IMG/VR virus record: IMGVR_UViG_3300025103_000142
Coordinates: 1 to 25,346 of that record
Reading direction: 5' to 3' (one strand)
DNA: 25,346 bases
Source of the DNA: a virus
Lineage: Duplodnaviria > Caudoviricetes
Positions 20,077 to 25,346 of the stretch are shown here, piece after piece. Below the pieces are notes generated by a model that saw only the letters and a program-made list of their open reading frames with translations, did not search any database and had not been told where the DNA came from. Position 1 is the first letter of the stretch. The number at the start of each line of letters is the position of its first letter. A program made the position numbers and the translations under genes.

Positions 20077-21390
20077 ATGGGTAGAATAACTAATTTATTA
20101 ATGGATACATCTTTAATGGGGTATGGTGCTGAAAGTAGGGTTCTCACCGTGAAAGGTAAGCCTGGCTCTGAGTTTATTATAATAGTTGTTCAAGATGGCA
20201 CTCTAAAGTATTACAATTTTGAAACCAACTTATTCGAATTAGGTCATACTTCAAAAAATAACTTAAAAATTAAATTGTCTATTTCTTCTCTATATAGACA
20301 TACTATTGACTTTCCTAGTGGGGGTGGAACTTACGTCGTTAAACTTTTAACAGAAGAAGGTACTGTTGCTAAGAATAATAAAAAAGTAATTTCAAAAAAA
20401 ATAGAGAAACAAAGTGGTGAAACCACTATAACTTTTAAACCCGCTACTATTAACACTAGTAATTATTCAACGTTTCCCACGGTTGCTTCAACGGGTTCGG
20501 TTGGTGAGGGAGCGAGTTTAAGTGGTAATTTTTTAATTAATAACGCATCTACAGACGCTGGTGGATTTGGTTTAAAAATAAACACAACTAATTTTGGAAA
20601 ATGGATTTTAGATCCTAAGTATGGTTTTGAAGGTACATTATCAAGGGGTGTATTTGATAGTTATTGGTACGTGCAGTATGATAAAGATATAGTTGTAAAC
20701 ACCGTGGGCGATGGGTTGGATAGCAGCACTGTAACGGCCGCTAATTCAGACGGTATATCGGTTGGTATGAAATTGTTTTACCACAAAACCACAACAACAC
20801 CTGTTAACGTCGCTGGTGATGCTTTAGAAAATGTACTTATAACAAGTATAGAGGAAGGTTTAGGTGAAGTTATTATAACGTTTAACAAAGCCGTGGCTTT
20901 TGAAAACGGGGAAACAATGAGACTTAGAGCTTATGGTTCTAAAAACATTCACCTCAACACGGGTGTCACAATTACGATGGGTGGCGATTGTTCTATTACC
21001 GCTCCAATACTTACAAAAACAGTTAGAGCGGATTCCGATGGAGATTTAACCCCATCAACAACAATAACGCTGACCGACACTCATGGTATATCTGGTGGTG
21101 ATACCATATCGTACACGGGTCTCGATGTAGATAATTCTAGTAGCAATAATGTTTCCGTTATAACTCCAGATTGCCCAGACGCTGGTGATGGGGATAGCTT
21201 GGATAACGACGGGGCTGTAACTGTTCAATTAACACAAACCTTAAAAAAGGGGACGATATTATCATTTAAAGGCGTCTACAATCAGTTTACAATGAAGTTC
21301 AACATAAAAATAGACAAACACCCGGAATCTAACACAGATGTTTTATTTGATTTAGATAAAATAATTACAGTGGGAGTTTCTGGATCATAA
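20077..21390 (+). CDS. Tail-associated structural protein with two repeated small beta modules
   Basis: 437 aa, T/S/G/N-rich and beta-like. Repeats SSTVTAANSDGISVGM and STTITLTDTHGISGGD. Confidence 0.55.
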   Translation: MGRITNLLMDTSLMGYGAESRVLTVKGKPGSEFIIIVVQDGTLKYYNFETNLFELGHTSKNNLKIKLSISSLYRHTIDFPSGGGTYVVKLLTEEGTVAKNNKKVISKKIEKQSGETTITFKPATINTSNYSTFPTVASTGSVGEGASLSGNFLINNASTDAGGFGLKINTTNFGKWILDPKYGFEGTLSRGVFDSYWYVQYDKDIVVNTVGDGLDSSTVTAANSDGISVGMKLFYHKTTTTPVNVAGDALENVLITSIEEGLGEVIITFNKAVAFENGETMRLRAYGSKNIHLNTGVTITMGGDCSITAPILTKTVRADSDGDLTPSTTITLTDTHGISGGDTISYTGLDVDNSSSNNVSVITPDCPDAGDGDSLDNDGAVTVQLTQTLKKGTILSFKGVYNQFTMKFNIKIDKHPESNTDVLFDLDKIITVGVSGS

Positions 21391-21399
21391 ATATAAATA

Positions 21400-21753
21400 A
21401 TGGAAATTAAATTTAACAAAAAAAGAAATCATTCGCTGCAGGTTGGTGATACTTTGTACTACGCTACGGTTGTAAATGGTGTGACTACTAAGCCGGAGGT
21501 TTGGGGTGAAATAGTAGGGGTGTATAACGAGATAGCTGGTAGTTTTACAATAATGACAAATCCTAGTAGTGATATTGTGTTGAATTATACCACTATAGTA
21601 GACGATAACACGTATTTTCTATTTTCAAAAAATATTAAAGTAAACGAGTCTAGTCTTAAGGGTTATTATGCAGACGTAACTCTCCAAAACCATTCTAAAA
21701 AAAGAGCAGAGTTATTTGCTATTGGCTCAGAAACGGTTTCTAGTAGTAAATAA
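21400..21753 (+). CDS. Small tail protein, possibly the detached C-terminal domain of the nozzle protein
   Basis: 117 aa with SLQVGDTLYY and FLFSKN..NESSLKGYYADVTLQN...ELFAIGSE...SSK. I recall this pattern as a nozzle-protein C-terminus in related phages (unverified). Confidence 0.5.
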   Translation: MEIKFNKKRNHSLQVGDTLYYATVVNGVTTKPEVWGEIVGVYNEIAGSFTIMTNPSSDIVLNYTTIVDDNTYFLFSKNIKVNESSLKGYYADVTLQNHSKKRAELFAIGSETVSSSK

Positions 21754-21761
21754 AGAGCAGA

Positions 21762-21785
21762 AAGTGTGACTATATAAGTACACTT
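21762..21785. promoter_or_regulatory. Inverted repeat in the intergenic gap upstream of the sulfotransferase-like gene
   Basis: AAGTGT-G-ACT-ATATA-AGT-ACACTT: 6-bp plus 3-bp arms around a TATATA core, 12 nt before the ATG. Confidence 0.4.
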
Positions 21786-21797
21786 AAATTAAATGAA

Positions 21798-22391
21798 ATG
21801 AAAAATGAATTAGCGAATAAATTTTTTATAACAGGTTTACCTAGAAGTAGAACAGCTTGGTTATCTTCTTTTTTTACAGGAAATAATTGTTTTTGTTATC
21901 ACGAGGTTATTAGGATTAGTAAAAGTTTTGATGAGGCGATTGGAAAGATGTTAAATAGAAAAGAAACGTATGTGGGTAATAGTGATAGTTCTTTACCTAT
22001 TTGGGCAAATGAAATAGATCACATACTTCAACATTCTCCAATAGTGATTGTAGAAAGAGATATTGATGAAGTTACCAACAGTTTAATAAACCTATGGGGT
22101 TGTGATCCTACTAGGTTTCTAGATTTAACATTAGAACATTTAGAAATCTTAAAAAAAAGATATAATTATATATCTATAGATTACAATAAATTAAGCGATC
22201 AATCATGTTTAGAAAGTATTTGGGATTTTTGTATTCCAAATATTGATTTTGATGAAGATAAATTTAAAATGCTAAAAACAATAAATATATCCATCGATAA
22301 AGAATCTTACATGAAGGATTTAATAGACAAAGATGGAAATATAAAAAAAGGTTTAGAAAACCTTACTCAATATATTAATAAAAAATATTAA
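21798..22391 (+). CDS. Sulfotransferase-like P-loop protein
   Basis: N-terminal FFITGLPRSRTAWLSSFF matches the sulfotransferase 5'-PSB loop (hhhhG.PRSGT) followed by a C..HE segment. IVIVERDIDEVTNSL resembles the 3'-PB motif (R.P...h.S). IDYNKL and IWDFC resemble the family's YEDL and ..FL motifs. Confidence 0.65.
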   Translation: MKNELANKFFITGLPRSRTAWLSSFFTGNNCFCYHEVIRISKSFDEAIGKMLNRKETYVGNSDSSLPIWANEIDHILQHSPIVIVERDIDEVTNSLINLWGCDPTRFLDLTLEHLEILKKRYNYISIDYNKLSDQSCLESIWDFCIPNIDFDEDKFKMLKTINISIDKESYMKDLIDKDGNIKKGLENLTQYINKKY

Positions 22392-22406
22392 CTAAAAATT
22401 AAAATT

Positions 22407-23186
22407 ATGCCATTAGGATGGGCACTAGCCATATCAGCAGGTCTTTCGTATCTTGGTCAAAAAGACGCTACGGCAGCCGCTGGGCGAGCGAATAATCAAG
22501 CAAATGCTTTAGCAGCTGAAAATATGAGAATGCAAAACGAGATTACACAGAAGCAATTAGAATTTCAAAAAAAGCAAGCAGCTAAACTTGAAGCACAGAA
22601 AGATATTTATAGAAATTTTGAATTTAAAAATCCATATGAAAATGTTACGAATCAGTTTGCCGATAATATATACGAAGATTTAACTATAAATTGGCGTGCT
22701 GCTAATTTTCAGAAAGAACAAGGACAGCAACAAAGAGCTAATATAATGCAAACACTAAGAGGTGCTGCTGGTAGTTCTGGTGTAGCTGGTTTAGCTCAAG
22801 CTATGGCAAATCAAGGAGCTTTACAAACACAGCAGATATCAGCTGATATCTCTCAACAAGAAAGACAAAACCAAATGATGGAACGTCAAGGTGAGATTAT
22901 GAGAAGACAAGGTGAGGGCGCTGCGGAAATGGCAAGATTAGGTGGCGCGGCTTCAGTACAAGAGATGGAGATGAGTAGACAATCAACTTTGTTAGGTATA
23001 CAAATGGGACAAACGTCTGGTGCAAACACGGCCGTACAACAAGCGTACGCTAATCAAATGTCCGCGGGAGCAAATCAAGCTAATATGTACGGTCAGCAGG
23101 CGGCTTCACAATGGCAGTTAGCCGGACAATACCAGCAAAATATGACCAATACCTTAGGTAACTACATGATGTATACAGGTGGTTAG
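22407..23186 (+). CDS. Probable DNA ejection / internal virion (pilot) protein
   Basis: 259 aa. Hydrophobic Gly/Ala N-terminus (MPLGWALAISAGLSYLG), Q/A/M/G-rich coiled coil and GAAGSSGVAGLAQ segment, as in P22 gp7 / T7 gp14-type ejection proteins. Position after the tail genes. Confidence 0.6.
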   Translation: MPLGWALAISAGLSYLGQKDATAAAGRANNQANALAAENMRMQNEITQKQLEFQKKQAAKLEAQKDIYRNFEFKNPYENVTNQFADNIYEDLTINWRAANFQKEQGQQQRANIMQTLRGAAGSSGVAGLAQAMANQGALQTQQISADISQQERQNQMMERQGEIMRRQGEGAAEMARLGGAASVQEMEMSRQSTLLGIQMGQTSGANTAVQQAYANQMSAGANQANMYGQQAASQWQLAGQYQQNMTNTLGNYMMYTGG

Positions 23187-23212
23187 ACGTAGAATTTAAA
23201 CAAATATAAAAC

Positions 23213-24916
23213 ATGAAAGCAGATCCAACATTAGTAGCGGCGGGATATAGATTAGGTCAATCTTATATACCTGGAGATTACTCTAAAATTTTTGAAAAAC
23301 AATACGAAGGCCTTATAGCCGCTAACAAAGCAAAAGCGCAAGCCGCGGCGGATTTTTCAAAAAGTATCTCAGATAATCTTGGTGAATTTATGGAGTTTAA
23401 AAAAGCAAAAGAAGAAGAAGATCAAGAAATATTAGATAATTTTAAAGAGTTAAATGAAATTGGAAATACTTACACAGACCACAAAGCTGGGGAGTTTGCT
23501 AAGGACATGGAGGATGGTAATTCTTTACCTGGATTTCAATTTGACGCCGCTGAAACATTTATGGAAGAAACAGCAAATGAATATGAAAGGTTAAGTAAAA
23601 TAACTTTTCCAAACGCTGAGCAAAAAAAACAAAAAAGAGCTTTGAAAAAAGCGATACTTGAGTTTAGACCTGCCATTGTAAAAAGTAGAGCTAACCAGTC
23701 CACTAAAGCAACCCTATGGAACACTGGGCAGATAAACAAAGATTTATCGTTTAAAGGACGACCAAACGAGCAAGCGCTCTATAGTTTAACGATAGATAAA
23801 CATCAAACCACAGACAAGCTCGCGGCAAAGGGTGTTAAATCATATTGGGAAAATGGTGAAAAAATCTATAGCTATCCAGATGGATTATGGGGCGCTATAT
23901 ACGGTGAGGTTTCTGATGGCGGTGCAGACGGCGTGGATGTTATACCTGTGAATAAAAAAGGTGCGCTAAACACAATTACAGAAACAAATTTGTTAGCCAT
24001 GTTATCACCGAAGGACTCTAAAACAGAGGAAGATCTAAACGGGATAAGTACAAAGGTGTTAAATGATATTAACAAAACTGCGACAAACCCGATAACTAAT
24101 GCTAAAGTGAGAACAATAAAAGACTTTGCTTCGATAGAGGATAAAGTAGAGAGACAGTATTATGACGCTACAATGTTAAGTGAAAACCCTACTGATATAT
24201 ATACGAGGAATATTTTAGTTGGAAATACATCTAGAGTTTATAAAGATGATTTAGAGTCAAATAGAAATATTGATGAGGCAGTTATAAATCAAATGGGGAT
24301 TGGTAGTGATGTTTTTACAGCTAAAGAACTTGAAGATGGTGTGATAGATCCAGCTGAATTAGCTAAGCACAAAGATGCTAAAACCCAAATAATAGAAATA
24401 CTTACTAATCCAAAAACAGCTAAACAAAAAGAAATCGCAGCTGGTGAATACGCTAAGTATAGAACAAGTATGTTAAGGGAGGTGTTTGACGGCGAGAGAA
24501 CGAGAGTTGATGAGGCTGAAAAACCAAAAGTAATAACATCCCCAACAACTAAAACAACTGATTACTTTGCTAGTGTTGGTGACACCAAGTCCTTAAGTTT
24601 AGACGGTACTTTTGTAAACAAAGGAGAGTTAGAAAACAAAAGAACCGCTATTGAACAAAGACGAGGTTTCTACATAGGTGATAATAATTTTAGACCAGAT
24701 GGTAAAAACGGTTGGATAAGAGAGACTTCTGATGGACAAGAAACAAAATACCCAAGTGTAAGCTCTTTGATAAAATCAGGGCTTAGAACTAATCACCCAG
24801 GTTTTACAAGTTTAATTAATATGGACGTTGACAACGATGGCACTCCAGATGGTCCAGTGCGTTTAGATTTCTTAAACAATAAATATTACGATTTAATAGA
24901 TAAAAAACAACCTTAA
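23213..24916 (+). CDS. Probable internal virion / ejection protein
   Basis: 567 aa, largely helical and charged. Follows the pilot-like gene in the usual podovirus order of increasingly large ejection proteins. Confidence 0.45.
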   Translation: MKADPTLVAAGYRLGQSYIPGDYSKIFEKQYEGLIAANKAKAQAAADFSKSISDNLGEFMEFKKAKEEEDQEILDNFKELNEIGNTYTDHKAGEFAKDMEDGNSLPGFQFDAAETFMEETANEYERLSKITFPNAEQKKQKRALKKAILEFRPAIVKSRANQSTKATLWNTGQINKDLSFKGRPNEQALYSLTIDKHQTTDKLAAKGVKSYWENGEKIYSYPDGLWGAIYGEVSDGGADGVDVIPVNKKGALNTITETNLLAMLSPKDSKTEEDLNGISTKVLNDINKTATNPITNAKVRTIKDFASIEDKVERQYYDATMLSENPTDIYTRNILVGNTSRVYKDDLESNRNIDEAVINQMGIGSDVFTAKELEDGVIDPAELAKHKDAKTQIIEILTNPKTAKQKEIAAGEYAKYRTSMLREVFDGERTRVDEAEKPKVITSPTTKTTDYFASVGDTKSLSLDGTFVNKGELENKRTAIEQRRGFYIGDNNFRPDGKNGWIRETSDGQETKYPSVSSLIKSGLRTNHPGFTSLINMDVDNDGTPDGPVRLDFLNNKYYDLIDKKQP

Positions 24917-24921
24917 TAAAT

Positions 24922-25346
24922 ATGCCAGATATAAAAGAAGTAATTGACATGATGGTTGCTGATGGTAGACCAGAATCTGAAATTATAGCATTAATAGATC
25001 GTTATAATAAAGATAATGAAGTGGGAAAGACAGACGGCTCCTCGACAGAGACCCAGACGGTGGAGTCAAGCGTTACGGATTCAGGGTCGGACGATGGTTC
25101 ATCGGAATCACAAGGCAGCCTGCTAACACAAGAAGTTATGGGAGTGTCTTACCAAGTAAGCAAAGAAGCCATAGCTAGTGGTAAAAAAAATAGGGAAGCA
25201 GCAAGAAATTTTTTCTCAACAAAAAAATCAAAGCTAGAGCAAGCCTTAGACAACGTTAATATTGAAGTACCATTAACCAAGAAGGATATTGCTAGTGTGG
25301 ACGCCGACTTGCAGCTAGCACAATCACCTAAAATAAAAGAATTAGA
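24922..25346 (+). CDS. 5' part of a further ORF (probably a large internal virion protein), 3'-truncated; absent from the supplied ORF track
   Basis: ATG at 24922 with AAT upstream. Reads MPDIKEVIDMMVADGRPESEIIALIDRYNKDNEVGKTDGSST... with no stop to the window end. Confidence 0.75.
   Translation, partial: MPDIKEVIDMMVADGRPESEIIALIDRYNKDNEVGKTDGSSTETQTVESSVTDSGSDDGSSESQGSLLTQEVMGVSYQVSKEAIASGKKNREAARNFFSTKKSKLEQALDNVNIEVPLTKKDIASVDADLQLAQSPKIKEL
25023..25109 (+). other. Candidate -1 programmed ribosomal frameshift signal (slippery heptamer plus kissing/pseudoknot structure)
   Basis: In-frame G_GGA_AAG at 25023-25029, 6-nt spacer, then four complementary pairings (see findings). About 57% GC over 25021-25110 by hand count. 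Confidence 0.5.

Noticed and set aside
20030-21402. Frameshift or read-through fusion of the giant ORF with the 437-aa and 117-aa ORFs
   Set aside because: The giant ORF is in a different frame, with further in-frame stops and no slippery site or structure. Two TAA codons separate the latter two ORFs, and each has its own good start context.
3658-23186. Alternative genetic code (TAG or TGA reassignment, as in some crAss-like phages)
   Set aside because: Code 11 already gives near-complete coding density, including a 10.4-kb ORF. The two TAG stops (3658, 23184) are followed by AT-rich spacers and new ATGs, and read-through gives nothing sensible.
42-24075. Short (60-95 aa) alternative-frame and minus-strand ORFs in the ORF track
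   Set aside because: All overlap long plus-strand genes, have shadow-ORF composition (F/L/S/I-rich) and show no independent expression signals.
24922-25346. Calling the last ORF a virion RNA polymerase
   Set aside because: Only 141 codons are visible and no catalytic DxDxD motif is present. Position alone is insufficient.

Overview
A 25.3-kb, AT-rich, almost fully coding, all plus-strand segment of a tailed dsDNA phage genome: the virion morphogenesis block. The order is large terminase (5'-truncated), portal, probable scaffold, major capsid protein, a conserved hypothetical, two tail ring/adaptor-type proteins, a giant 3481-aa tail stabilisation/nozzle-type protein, two small tail-associated proteins, a sulfotransferase-like P-loop gene, two probable ejection (internal virion) proteins, and the start of a further ORF running off the 3' end. 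No tape-measure or sheath gene is visible, so the layout looks podovirus-like. Starts lack Shine-Dalgarno motifs and mostly have A at -3, suggesting a Bacteroidota (Flavobacteriia-like) host (inference). Product calls rest on motifs, size and synteny, not database searches. The most striking unexplained signal is a GC-rich element near the 5' end of the last ORF: an in-frame G_GGA_AAG slippery heptamer, a 6-nt spacer and a multi-stem kissing/pseudoknot fold, i.e. a candidate -1 ribosomal frameshift or recoding switch in a non-chaperone gene. Other highlights are a ~1400-aa nested insertion of CBM-like domains in the nozzle protein with a repeat-bounded stalk-and-head module, a CBM-like insertion in a ring protein, an apparently split nozzle C-terminus, and a low-GC sulfotransferase-like gene in the virion operon.
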